Source of the DNA: the human T2T-CHM13v2.0 reference genome, Homo sapiens | Reading direction: 5' to 3' (one strand) | Assembly (NCBI RefSeq): GCF_009914755.1 | Contig: NC_060925.1 | Length of the DNA stretch: 64,000 nucleotides | Shown here: positions 51,098-63,950 of the stretch, piece after piece | Layout: every line of letters begins with the position of its first letter | Position numbering within the stretch: the stretch's first letter is position 1 | The notes under the pieces: model-generated | The model's database searches: none | What the model was told of the DNA's origin: nothing | What the model saw: only the letters and a program-made list of their open reading frames with translations | Program-made: the position numbers and the translations under genes

Positions 51098-52326
51098 CTT
51101 TTTTTAAACCAAAAGACCAATAGTAACAAATCATAAGGCATACAAATAAATAGGAAAATATGATCCATTCAAAGGAACAAAACAAACCAACAGAAATTAT
51201 CCTTGAGGAAGCTCAGACATTGGAATTACTAGACAAAGACTTCAAAACAGCTGTCTTAAAGTAGCTGAAATTGCTAAAGGAAGACATGGACAAAGAAAAA
51301 AAAACCCTAATTTTGTGTGAATAAAATGAGAATATTGATAGAGAGTTAGAAATTATAAAAAGAACCAGAAAAAAACTCTGGAACTGAAAGTACAATAACC
51401 GAAATGAGAAACCCACTAGAGGGATTTAAAAGCAGATTTGAGTAAGCAGAAAAAAGAATTGGTGAACGTAAAGATAGACAATTGAAGTTACTGAGTCTGA
51501 TAAATGGCAAAAAAAAAAAAAAAGAAAAAGAAAAGAAAAGAAAAGTGAACAGAGCCTCAGAGTCTTGTAGCACACCATCAGCTGGGCCAATATATACATT
51601 GTAGGAATTCCAGAAGGAGAAGAGGGAGAGAGGAAGAGGTGGGGGGGTAGACAGAGAGAGAAAAAGAGAGAGAGAGGTGGAAAGAGTTATATGAAGAAAT
51701 AAATGCTAAAAACTTCCCAAATTTTGATGAAAGACATGAATATACAAATTCACGAAGCTCAACAAACTCCAAAAAGCCCCCATCAAGACATTTTATAATC
51801 AAACTGTTGGGAGAAAAAATGAATCTTGAAAGCAGCAAGAGAGATGCAACTCATTACATGCAAGTTATTCTCAACAAAATTATCAGCTGATTTTTCATCA
51901 GAAATGTTAGATGCCAGAAGACAGTGAATTTATATATTCAAAGTGCTGAAAGACCAAAATTATCAACTGAGAATTTTATATCCAGCAAAACTGTCATTCA
52001 AAATGAAGAAGAAATTGAGATATTTCCAGATAAACAAAAGCCATAAAGAGTCTGTTACCACTAAACCTGCTCTTCAAAAAGTACTAAAGGGACATCTTCA
52101 GATGGAAAGGCTGCTAGACAGTGAAGCTGTATGAATAAATAAATATCTCTGGTAAACGTAAATACATGGGCAATTTATAAAAGCTAGTAGTATTGTTATT
52201 CTGGTTTGTAACTTCAGTTTTTATTTTCTATATGATTTTAAAGACAAATGCATATAAATGGTTAATTTATGTTACTAGGCGCACAATGTATAAAGATGTA
52301 GTTTGTGACATCAATAACAGAAAATG

Positions 52327-52636
52327 GGCTGGGCACAGTGGCTCACACCTGTAAACCCAGCATTTTGGGAGGCTGAGGCAGGTGGAAGTTTGAGACCAGC
52401 CTGGGTAACACAATGAGATCCTGTCTCTACAAAAAATATGGAAATTAGTCAGGCATTGTGGTGCACATCTGTAGACCCAGGTACTTAGGAGGCTGAGGTG
52501 TAAGGATCATTTGAGCCTGGGAGGTCAGGGATGCAGTGAGCCATAATCACACCACTGACCTCCAGCCTGGGTGACAGAATTAGATCCTGTCAAAACAAAA
52601 CAAAACAAAAAACCAAAAAAAACCCCAAAAACAAAA
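52327..52636 (+). mobile_element. AluJ with small left-arm deletion
   Basis: ggtgga|agtttgagacc junction; (CAAAA)n tail. Confidence 0.86.
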
Positions 52637-55600
52637 CAGGGAAGATGGAGCTGTGTAGGGGCAGAGTTTTTATAGGCTATTGAAGTTCAGTTGGTATAAA
52701 TTTGAATTAGATTGTTATAGCATTAGGAAGTTAAATGTAATCTCCATGGTAACTACAATGAAATTATATAATATACACAAAAAGAAATGAGAATGGAATC
52801 AGAATGTTCAAGTACAAAAGCCACCTAAATGGAAAATAAGAAGTAATGGAGGAGACAAAACCCTATAATAATGGAGACAAAACCCTATAAGACATATTGA
52901 AAACAAATAGCAAAATTCAGAGCTATGTCCTTCCTTATAGATCATTACTTTAAATGTAAATAGATTATACTCTCCTATCAAAAGATATAGATTGGCAGAA
53001 TATATTTTAAAAACATGAAAACTATATGCTGTTTTCAAGACACTCATTTTAGATCCAAAGCCACAAATTGATAAAACGTGAAAGAATGGAAAAAGATATT
53101 CTGTGCATATAGTAACCAAAAAATAGCTGAAGTGTCTATACTACTATCAGACACAATAGACTTTAAATTAAAAAGTGCAAGAAACACAAAGGACATTAAT
53201 AATAAAAAGTTTAATATAGCAAGAAGATATGACAATTTTAAACATGTCCACGCCTAATAACAGACCTTCTAAATATATGAAGCAAAACTTCATAGAATTG
53301 AAGGGAGAAACAGACAGTTCTAAAATAATTGTTGGACACTTCAGTAACCCACTTTCAATAATGAATAGAACAACCAGACAGAAGATAAGGAGATAGAGGA
53401 CTTGAACAACACAATAAGCTAATTAGGTCTAACAGACATGTATAACATTCTACCCAACAACAACAGCATACATATTCTTTCAGGTGCCCATGAGACATTC
53501 CCCAGGATAGATCATATGTTAGGTCACAAATCTCATAGGTTTTAAAGGATAGACATTACACAAGATATTTTATTTGACCACAATGGGATGCAGTTAGAAA
53601 TCAATAAGATAAGGAAAACTGGAATATTTACAAATTTGTGGAAATTAAACAACACACTCTTAGCCAATCAGTGGGTCAAAGAAGAATTCACAAGGGAAAT
53701 TAGAAAATACTTAGAGATTAATGAAAAGGACAACACAATATACCTAAACTTATGGGATACAGCAAAAACAGTGCTCAGAGAGGAATTTGTAGTTATAAGT
53801 GCCTATTAAGAAAGATCTCAAATCAATAACCTAACTTTATACCTTAGTAAAGAACTAGAAAAAAAAGAGCAAACTAAACTCAAACCTAGTAGATTGAGGG
53901 AAATAATAAAGATTAGAACAGAGCTAAGTTAGAGAATAGAAAACAAGAAAGTCAATGAAACCAAAAATAGTTGGTTCTTTGAAAAGATCAACAAAATAGG
54001 CACACCTTTAGCTAGAGAGAGAGAACAAAATTAAAAATGAAAGTGGGGATACTACTGACCGTTCAGAGATAAAATGAATCATAAGACAATACTATAAATA
54101 ATTGTATGCCAACAAATTAGATAACCCAGAATAAATGGAAATATTCCTTATAACTCACAAATTCCTTAGATGAACTCAAAAAGAAATAGAAAACCTCTAT
54201 AGACCTGTAACAAGTAAAGAGTTTAAATTGGTAATCAAAAACCTCAACAAAGAAAAGTTCTGGACCAGTTGGCTTCATTGATAAATTCTACCAAATATTT
54301 AAAGAATTAACACTAGAGCTTCTGGATAACTGAACACAGGGAATTTCCCACAGGGTGGCACACCCAAGAAAGGCATGAAAGTGCCATGCACCTTCCCCCA
54401 TACCTTGCCCTACGCATCTCTTTATCTGTATCCCTTGCATACAGATAATATTAGTAATCACCTCACGGCTTTTTGAGAATAAGTTAAATAATGCTTATAA
54501 AATGTTTAGCAGATCATCTGGCACAGGGCAAATGATCAATTAATATTAAAATTGTGATTATTATTATTGGAAGCTTGAATCCAAATACACTGATAGAGGA
54601 GTATAAATTGGTAAAAACTTCTCAGAATAAAAATTTGACATATATGTTAAGACCTTAAAAATAATTAACATCAATTCTTCTTAAATTCTTCCAAAAAGTT
54701 GAAGAAGGAACACCTCCTAACTCATTGTATGAGGCCAGCATTAATTACCTTGATACCAAAGCATATAAAGGCACCACAAGAAAGGAAAATTACGGACCAA
54801 TATCTCTTATGAATTAGATGTAAAACTACTCAACAGAATATTGGCGAATCAAATTCAATAGCATATTAAAAATTATTTGCCATGGCCAAGTGGAATTTAT
54901 CCCAGGAATGCCAGGGAGGTTCAACATAAGAAAATAAAACAGTGTAATAAACCACGTTAATAGAGCAAAGGAAAAAATAGCCATATCATCATCGTGATGC
55001 AAAAAAAGGTACCTGGCAAAATCCAACATGCTTCATGGTAGAAAACCTCTCAGAAAATTAGGAATAGAGGGAAATCTCCTCAACATGATAAAGGGTATTT
55101 ATGGAAACCCCTAGCTAACATCATACTCAATGGTGAAAGACTGAAAGACTTACCCCCTAATATTAAGAATGAGGCAGGGTGCCCACTTTCACTGCTGCTA
55201 TTCAACATTGTACTGTAAATTCTAACTAGAGATACTATAAAAGAAAAATAATAGAAGGCATTCAGATGGAAAGGAAGAGGTAAAACTGCCTCTCTTCACA
55301 GATGACATGATCTTATGCATAGAAAATTGCGAAGACTCTTTAAGAAAGCTATTAGAGCTAATAAATAAATTCAGCAAAGTTGTAGGGTACAATATCAACA
55401 TACAAAAATTGATTATGTTTTTATATACCAGCGATGAACAATCAAAAAATGAAATTAAGAAAGAAATTCTATTCACAATAGCATCTAAAAGAATTTAAAT
55501 ACTTAGGAACAAATCTAACCAAGGAAGTAAAATACTTGTACACTGAAAATTACAAAACACTGGTGAGAGAAATTTTGAAAGACCTAAATAAATGGAAAGA

Positions 55601-56857
55601 CATCCTATGTTTATTGATAGAAAGACTAAATATTGTTAAGATGTCAGTGGTACCCAAATCTCCAGATTCAATGCAATTTCTATAAAAATTCCAACAATTT
55701 TTTTTGCATAAATGGAAAAAATACTCAAATTAATGTGGAATTGCAAAGGGCCCCAAAAGGCTAAAACAATCTTGAAAAATAAGGATAGAGTTGGAGGACT
55801 CACAGTTCCTAACTTTGAAACTTACTACAAAGCTAGTAATTAAAACAGCATAGTACTTGTATAAGGTCAGACAGGCAGACCAATGGAATAGAATAGAGAG
55901 CCTAGAGATAAACCCTCACATACATAGTCAGTTGATTTTTGACAAGAGTGCCAAGACCATTCAATGGGGAAGGAACATTTTTTTCAACATATGGTGCTGG
56001 GAAAACTGTCCACATGTCAAAAGAATTAAGTTGGATCCTTTATATCATATAAAAAATGACTCAAAATGGATGAAAGACCTAAACTTAAGAGCTAAAACTA
56101 TAAAACTATAGACGAAAACACTGTCAAAATCTTCATGACACTGGATTTGGCAGCAACTTTTATGGATGACACCAAAAGCACAGGTAATGAAAGAAAAAAA
56201 GATAAATTGGACTGCATCAAAATTAAGAACTGTTGTGAATTAAAGGAGACTATCAAGAAAGTGAAAAGACAAGGTAAATAGTGAGAGGAAATATTTAAAA
56301 ATCATATATATGACAAGGGATTGATATCTAGGATATATAAAGAACTCCCACAATTAATAACCACAAAAAGTCCCAATTGAAAAGTGGGGAGAAAAGATTC
56401 GAATAGCCATTTCTCCAAAGATGAAACATAAATGGCCTATAAACACATGAAAAGATGAATGCTATGAAGAGTCATGAGGACAGATGATAAGGTTTTGTTG
56501 TTTTAAATTGAATTAACTTATTAATCATTTTTATATGGAGACTCATGATGAATAATCAATTACCTTGCACTAAGTAAAATTGTAATGATAGTTTAAACCA
56601 CATGATTTTAAAGATAATTTATCTTGTTTAAGCTGGTCAGTTGGTACACACTGATTCTGAGTATATCTGCAAAGGTAGCTCTATGACTTATTTATTGAAT
56701 TCTGTTGAAATCTTAGATTTATAAAAATCTGTTTGAAATTTCTCATCCACAAAGCTTCTGAAGTTTTTGTTAAATGTGGCTTTAATGAGCATGAAAAAAT
56801 TGTGTGAACTGACTGCTTACATGACTAAATTGTGTTTCATATTCATTAAGAGAAGGG

Positions 56858-57091
56858 ATTCTGGAGCCAGATTACCTGAATTTGAATTTCCTTCCACCTC
56901 TTCCTAGCTATATAATCTAGGGTACATTACTTAATATTTGTATGCCTGAGTTTTCTCACTTGCAAAATGGGGATAATGGTATACCTACTTTATAAAATTG
57001 TTATGAAGATTAAAAGGAATTAAAATATGCAAAGTGATTAAAATAGAGACTGGTACTAGAAAGTACTAAATAAGTGTTAGCTATCATTATT
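56858..57091 (+). mobile_element. MIR
   Basis: ctggagccaga...ttttctcacttgcaaaatggggataat...aagtgttagctatcattatt. Confidence 0.85.
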
Positions 57092-57134
57092 TGGGAGAAT
57101 TACAATAATTGTAAATTAAGTGACAACATTATAT

Positions 57135-57688
57135 TTATTTCTTATTTTGGTATAATACACATAAAACTTACCATCTTAACTCTTTTTAATTATATAGTTC
57201 AATGTTATTAAATACATTTATAATGTTGTGTAACCATCACCACCATCCAGCTCCATAACTCTTCATCACAACTAAAACCTTCTACCCATTAAACAATAAC
57301 TCTTTATTCCACTTTCCCCCAGGCCCTGGCAGTCACCATTCTACTTTCTGTCTCTATGATTTTCCCTACACTAAATATCTCATATAAGTAGAATCATACA
57401 GGATTTGTTCTTTTGTGACCATTTTTTTTTCATTTATGTCCTCAAGGTTTATCTATGTTGTAGCATATATCAGAATTTTCTTCCTTTTTGAGGCTGAATA
57501 ATATTCCATTGTATGTATACACCACATTTTGCTTATTTATTCATCCACGGATGGATACTTGGGTTGCTTCCATGTTTTAACTATTGTGAATAATGCTGCT
57601 ATTAACATGGGTGTACAATTATCTCTTCAAGACTCTGCTTTCAATTCTACTGAGTATATATCCAGAAGTGGAATTGCTGGATCATAGA
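57135..57688 (-). mobile_element. L1MB-like 3' end
   Basis: cataaaacttaccatcttaac...gaagtggaattgctggatcat. Confidence 0.8.
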
Positions 57689-58122
57689 TAATATTATAAG
57701 TTTTTTTAGAATTATAAATACTTGTTATAAGCTATAAATGTGAGTTTGAATAAACGGGGTCAGGGAAGGAGGACAAGATGGCATTATAAAGACTCTGAAA
57801 CTGAAATAGAAATCAGTAGAGAAATGCTACTCGCTATACATGTCTTGTATTTCACATAGCCTTTCAGTAATACAGTTAATAGAATAAAAATCTAGGTCCT
57901 TTCTTGGCCAATTGATTTATTTTGTTACTGTTTTCTTTGTTTGGTCTTCTTTCTTCTCTCTATAATCTTCTTTCTCTTTCCTCCTCCCTTTGCCCTTCTC
58001 CCTTCTACATCCTTCCTCTTTCTACTCTTTGTTCTCCTCACATGTGATATGTTGACAAAATGTTAATAATATAATATTAATGATGGTAAACCCAACATCA
58101 TATTTTTTTATTTTTCTTCAAG

Positions 58123-58212
58123 AGCATGGTTTCAGAAGAAGAGACATTGAAAACACTGTATAGGAACAATAATCCACCAGCTTCTCATCTTTGTGTCAAA
58201 ACACCAAAAAAG
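58123..58212 (+). CDS. SYCP1: SYCP1 exon (likely 31), SMVSEEETLK...CVKTPKK, 30 aa
   Basis: Pyrimidine tract + ttcaag|AGC ... AAG|gtagct; 90 nt. Confidence 0.95.
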
Positions 58213-58306
58213 GTAGCTTTTAAATTTTATTTCAGAAAGCAAATTTTAAAAGCTGCACTTAAAAAATTAAACATGTTATGATTTTTAAATTTTATTTTGT
58301 ACTCAG

Positions 58307-58444
58307 GCCCCTTCATCTCTAACAACCCCTGGATCTACACTGAAGTTTGGAGCTATAAGAAAAATGCGGGAGGACCGTTGGGCTGTAATTGCTAAAATGG
58401 ATAGAAAAAAAAAACTAAAAGAAGCTGAAAAGTTATTTGTTTAA
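58307..58444 (+). CDS. SYCP1: SYCP1 terminal coding exon (likely 32), APSSLTTPGS...KKLKEAEKLFV-stop
   Basis: actcag|GCC after a 94-bp intron; TAA at 58442-58444; REDRWAVIAK and EAEKLFV are the recognised SYCP1 C-terminus. Confidence 0.97.
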   Translation, partial: APSSLTTPGSTLKFGAIRKMREDRWAVIAKMDRKKKLKEAEKLFV

Positions 58445-58795
58445 TTTCAGAGAATCAGTGTAGTTAAGGAGCCTAATAACGTGAAACTTATAGTTAATAT
58501 TTTGTTCTTATTTGCCAGAGCCAAATTTTATCTGGAAGTTGAGACTTAAAAAATACTTGCATGAATGATTTGTGTTTCTTTATATTTTTAGCCTAAATGT
58601 TAACTACATATTGTCTGGAAACCTGTCATTGTATTCAGATAATTAGATGATTATATATTGTTGTTACTTTTTCTTGTATTCATGAAAACTGTTTTTACTA
58701 AGTTTTCAAATTTGTAAAGTTAGCCTTTGAATGCTAGGAATGCATTATTGAGGGTCATTCTTTATTCTTTACTATTAAAATATTTTGGATGCAAA
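58445..58795 (+). other. SYCP1: SYCP1 3' UTR (approximate end)
   Basis: U-rich unique sequence between the stop codon and ~15-20 nt past ATTAAA. Confidence 0.75.
58774..58779 (+). terminator. Polyadenylation signal ATTAAA
   Basis: First AATAAA/ATTAAA hexamer seen after the stop; TGTA motifs upstream and U/GU-rich sequence downstream. Confidence 0.75.
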
Positions 58796-59019
58796 TACGT
58801 GCTTCTTATTGATTCTGTTAGGTCCTATAAACAGCTCATCATTATAATTTTGAGGGAATATTATTCATTGTAAAGTCTTGAGAGCATTGTAGAGGAGTTT
58901 TGTACTTCTGAGGCAGCTTTGACTTTTTTATTTTATGAAATTGAGAAATGGCTTTTAGTGGCAGGAAAAAGTGGCTATACCAGTATGACTTCCTGAAATA
59001 TTTAATTTATACAACATTT

Positions 59020-60720
59020 ATTAAGCAAATATTTATTAATGTTTACTAAGAGTCAAACAGAGTTCTAGATACTGGGGATGTAATAGTGAACAAAACAGAA
59101 AAATAACTTGTGTTTTCCTAGAGCTTACATTCTGGTGAGGGAAATAGACAATTAACAAAATAAATAAAACACAGTATATTAGTTAATGATAACTGCTAAG
59201 AAGAAAAATAAAACAGGGAAGAGTATTAAGGAGTATAAAGAAGGCTATATTTTAGGTATGATATCCCTTACTGAAGTGACATTTGAGTGAAGATATGATT
59301 AAAACAGCAACTGAGCCTGGGGTTACCTAAGGGAATAACATTTCTCATAGAAGGAATAGGAAGTACAAAGGCCCAGAGGTGGGAGTGTGCCTAGCATATC
59401 TGGGAAGCAGCAAGAGCCCAGTATTGGGAAGGATAGTGAGGAAAAGGAAGAGTAGAAGGAAGAGAAGGCCTAATAGTTAATGGGATGAGGATTTTGAGTG
59501 GGCAGATTATGTAGCACTTTAGGCCACTGTAAGAACTTTGGCTTCTCTGAATATGATGTGACATTAGTAGATGATTTTGAGCAAGGAAGAACCATGATCT
59601 GACTTATGTTTTAACAATATCTTTCTGGCTGCTATATTGGGAACAGATTGAAAAAGGGACATAAATAAACAGGAGATTATTTTAGTAATGCCTGTGAAAG
59701 ATGGTAATGGCTTAAACAGGAGCAAGAGCAGCAGAGGAGTAAAGTAGTTAACTTTTGGATATATTTTGAAGATATAGGTAGAATATGAAAGAAAGAGAAT
59801 GGGCAATATTTTTGTCCTGAACAGCGTAGTTTTGCACATGTTAGGTTTGAAATACCTGTGAGACATCCAAATAGAGATGGTAAGCAGGCTTAGAGACAAG
59901 TCCAGACTAGTGATATAAATTTGGGAGTCAACATCATATTTAAAGTTATCAGACTGGATGAGAACATTTACAGTCATGGGAGTGAGTGTACCTAGGAAAG
60001 AGAACAGGTCAGAGAGATGAGAAGGGGCCATCAAAGGACTGGCCAGAGTGGTAGTAAAAAAAGTAGGCTATGGTTTCTTGGAAGCCAAGCAAGAAAGTGT
60101 TTCAAAGAAGAGGGAGTGAAAAATTGTGTTAAATGCTAATCAGAGGTAAAGTAAAATTGATTAATGTGTTATTAATATGAAGGTCATTGGTAATCTTAAT
60201 GTCAGTTTTAGTAAAGTGGAGCTTGATTGGAAGGGCTTAAAGGAAAAAGGGGGAGAGTAAGCAGAGACAGCTATCTCTATCAGGTGTAATAAACTCAAGA
60301 AGTTGTACTTCACATGAAGATGATAAATAGGGAAGTTACTGGAAAGGGAAATGGATCAACAGAAGGTTTTTTTGTTAAGACATAAGAATTAATAACATAT
60401 CTAAATAATTAGAGGAAGATTCAGAATGGGGAAAATGATGATGTGGGAGAGAAAGGGAAATTTTTTGTAGAATGTCATAACAGGGAAGAGGGATGGAATT
60501 TAGTGGGTAATTAAACCTGTTGGGCCTTCGGTAGGAGAATAGACACTTCTGCCATAGCAACAGGAAAAAAGGAAGAGTATATGGCGCAAGAAGATGGTAA
60601 GTGTATGGGAGTTTGTAGAAGTTTTGGTTCCATAATTTCAGTTTTCTCAGTGAAGCTGGAATTAAGATCATGCACTGAGAATGAGGATAGGGAAGACAGT
60701 GTTGGAGGTTGTGGAGAGAA
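59020..60720 (-). mobile_element. L2 (LINE-2)
   Basis: caaatatttatt...tagagcttacattctggtgagggaaatagacaa; accatgatctgacttatgttttaa. Confidence 0.8.
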
Positions 60721-61249
60721 AAGTAAGTATGAAAGACTCAGAGTAGGAAAGTAAATGGGCTTTATGAAAACAATGAATACATGAATAAAAATGGTTTTAG
60801 AGTTATCTGTAAATAACTATAGTGAAGTAAAATTAGAATCCTCTTATGGTATAGATTATGTTTGTAGGAAAGGCTAACCAAGAAAAAATGGAAATGCAAT
60901 AACATTACAGAAATTATTTTGTTCCTCCTTTAATTTGTGTGACTACAACTATACTCTCTTAACTGGCCATGGTCTTGTGATTTCTAGCTTTTGATCTCTT
61001 AATTGAAACTTTATAATAAGTCTCCTGAGCAAGCATTTTTGGAGAATTATTGGTCTTGAAAATGTGAAATTTCACATTTGAAGCTATATATTTTCAAATA
61101 TTAAAAATAATAATATAAATAAATATATTTTCAAATTAAAATAACTAATATATTAATCTATACATTTAATGTAGTTTTAATTTAAATATTTACAATAAGA
61201 CTAGTCTGTTAAGCTATATATTTTCAAGTATTTAGAATAAGACTAGCTG

Positions 61250-61608
61250 CTCTGGCTAACTATAGATTTACTTCTAACTTACCTAAAGTCCAACATAATG
61301 TTTCTGTTTAGTGAGAACCATTCCTCTAGGCAGTCATTCAGGAACCCTGGCTCCTTTCAACTTCTAATTCTGCCATCTTCAGGAGCTGGCTTCCAGGTTT
61401 ATGCTAAAAGGGAAACACCATGGAGTATCCATGTGGGAAGTTTCTAATGACCTAGCATGAAAGAGATTATATAGCACTTCCACCCACATTTCACTTTCTA
61501 GAACCAAGTCAATATGGCCACACCTAACTTCAGGGGAGACTGTGACCCATGTTCCAGTTATCTCTCAGGAGATTAGGGAAAAGGGTAAACAACTAGCCAG
61601 TCTGCCAC
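61250..61608 (-). mobile_element. MLT1 (MLT1K-like) LTR
   Basis: gtcattcaggaaccc; atggccacacctaac; tctgccaca end. Confidence 0.6.
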
Positions 61609-61699
61609 AATTAGTTCACAGTCTTTAAATTTTCAAATATTGTTCTTCCTTGCTTTTAGTTAAAACAAAATGAGTTAGTTAAGGCTCCTAAGTTTTGGA

Positions 61700-61962
61700 A
61701 GATTGCTTCTCCTTGCTGTTCCTTGAACATTCTGGGTGTCTTCCTGCTTTATAACGCCCCTCCTTCCTCCAGCATTTCTTATTTATCTTATACCTTCTAA
61801 CATACTATATACCTTATTTGGTATGTTTATTATTCATTGTCTCTCCTCACAAGAATGTAAACTTCACAAAGGGATTTTTGTTTCCTTTGCTTTGGCTTTC
61901 CTTTCCAAGTGGCTAGAATCATGCCTGGCCCATAGTAGGTACTCAATATTTGTTGAATAAGT
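61700..61962 (+). mobile_element. L2 3' end
   Basis: tgcctggcccatagtaggtactcaatatttgttgaat. Confidence 0.8.
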
Positions 61963-63049
61963 AAAATATTAATACATATTTAAGAAAAACATACATATAC
62001 CATATTAGTGATTCTTACAATAAGTAAAACCTTACAACCTAAATGTTGAGTGTCTGATTTAAAAATAAGATTAGATGTTGGAAACTAGAAAAATCATGAA
62101 ATTTTCTAAAAGCATATTATTATAGTATCCTATATTTGACTCTTCTTTGCACTCTGGAGAGTTCAGTTTTTACAATAAAGTCTCCCCCAAAAATTTATAA
62201 CTAATATTATTGTTTTTACTTTTAAACTACTCCTTTAAAAACCACTAGTCTTAATGAACAATTGGCAAATTCATAATTTGATTATTTAATTATGAAAATT
62301 TTGTAAGCTAAATACGAGATTATTAACTAATGCCTTTTTAAACATTGAATGCATTTTGGAGGTTATTATAGGAAGCAGCTTTTGAAAAAGCCTATTTTTA
62401 AGTTGGTAGGAAACTCTTCCTGCCTTTTAGCCACTTTTTGTGAGATTGACTTAATCTGATACATTTAGGATCAATCAGATGTGTTTAGAAGTAGGCATAT
62501 GGGATACACACTATTCTCTGTCTCTCTCTTGAGTGTGGAGCTTCCTACAGGAATCACATGATCATCCCTATGCTGCAAGTTTTATAGGGCGGGTGGAAGA
62601 GTGGTCCTGTTGTGAGGGGATAAATTCAATAAAATAAAAATTCAGAAGAATATTTGCAAGTTCCAGTATTTTGATGAATAGGCTGGGCACTTTGAGAAGG
62701 AAATAGAGTGGCATTCAGAGGAATTAACATACAAATATTGAAACTCTGATGTGGCTTTGGTGGCACTAATCTGGAAAATAGCCATATAGGAATTTTCACT
62801 TGTTGGGTCTTTATAGCTTATGGTAGTCTTATCTTTACATGAGTTACTGTTTTTACAGAAACAGGCTGCAAGTTCTGGGTGTTAAGTGAATAGTGCATAA
62901 GCTTTATCTGAAGCAAAAATGAGCATTTAATATGTCTGCAGGCCATAAACTTCAGAAGATGCATGGCCTGAAGGGGCCTCAGCCAAATTATTGGCTATTA
63001 AAAAACAAATATTAGCCACGCTAGACTGGGCAAAGAGGTGAGACTCAGT

Positions 63050-63950
63050 CAGAGATAATACTTTGTGTATATTTTGATGATGGAACCAAAAAGATTTCTG
63101 GAGATAAGAATTAAGTGAGGGAAAGAGAAGGGACAAAGTTTGGTTTTGAAGTACGGTTTTGGGCATATGTAATATTTGAGATATTTTAGATACCCAAGTG
63201 GAGATATTGAGTAGACCATTGGATAAATGAATCTAGAATTCTCCAGAAGGGTAAGTATTTAGTAATCATTGACATATAGGTTCTATTTAAAGTACAGAAC
63301 TGAATGCACTCTTTTTACAGTAATAAATGTTAGTTATAAAACAGAAAGGAATTAGTACCAAGCCTTGAGGTAAAGGAATATTTGAAAGTGAAGCAATAAA
63401 GGAAGAGCCACAAAAAAGCTAAGAAGGAGGGACTGCTGTAGGAGGGAAAAAGCGAGTGTAAGGGATGATGGAAGCCTAAAGAACAAAGTGATTCAAGAAG
63501 GGAATATTCCCCTGTGTGAAATCCTAATGAGCATGAAAGCAGAAAATAAATAATTGGACCTATGGCTATATGTATGATATAATCTCTGCTCTCAATGACT
63601 CACAGTCAAGGAGCAAAATTTTATATGTAAACAAATGAATCAATTGTAATTAATTGGACCGTACACACATGTAAGAGCTACAGAGAAGTGAATGATAATT
63701 TCATGACATAAATGCAGGCATCAGAGAAGGACTTCTGGGTTTTGGACATAAATGGGAGTGCTATAGGTGTATAAGGAGGACAAGAGACAACCAAGACATA
63801 AGAAATCGCAATATAAAGGATGAAGTGAAGAATAGTTAGGAGAACCAAGCCATGGTATCTTCATGTAGGATTTTATGTGTTATATTGCAAAGCCTGGACT
63901 TTTCTGGTGTGGGAAATGGAAAGAGAATAAGCAAAGAAAATCAGACTTTA
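63050..63950 (-). mobile_element. Degenerate L2 fragments
   Basis: tagatacccaagtggagatattgagtag; aggcatcagagaagg. Confidence 0.55.

Larger units (their letters stand above)
50140..56457 (+). mobile_element. Near full-length old L1M (5' UTR, ORF1, ORF2; 3'-truncated), with two AluJ and a composite insert
   Basis: aagatggtggagtagg start; peptides RILYPAKLSF, WKLNNTLL, NLWDTAK, INKFSKVVGYNIN. Confidence 0.82.

Noticed and set aside
57920-58040. Long pyrimidine-rich tract as a special element
   Set aside because: Low-complexity CT sequence with no periodicity or mirror symmetry that I could establish
59564-60034. 156-aa minus-strand ORF as a neighbouring gene
   Set aside because: Lies inside the L2 relic (YDVDSQIYITS resembles the decayed L2 RT YADD region)
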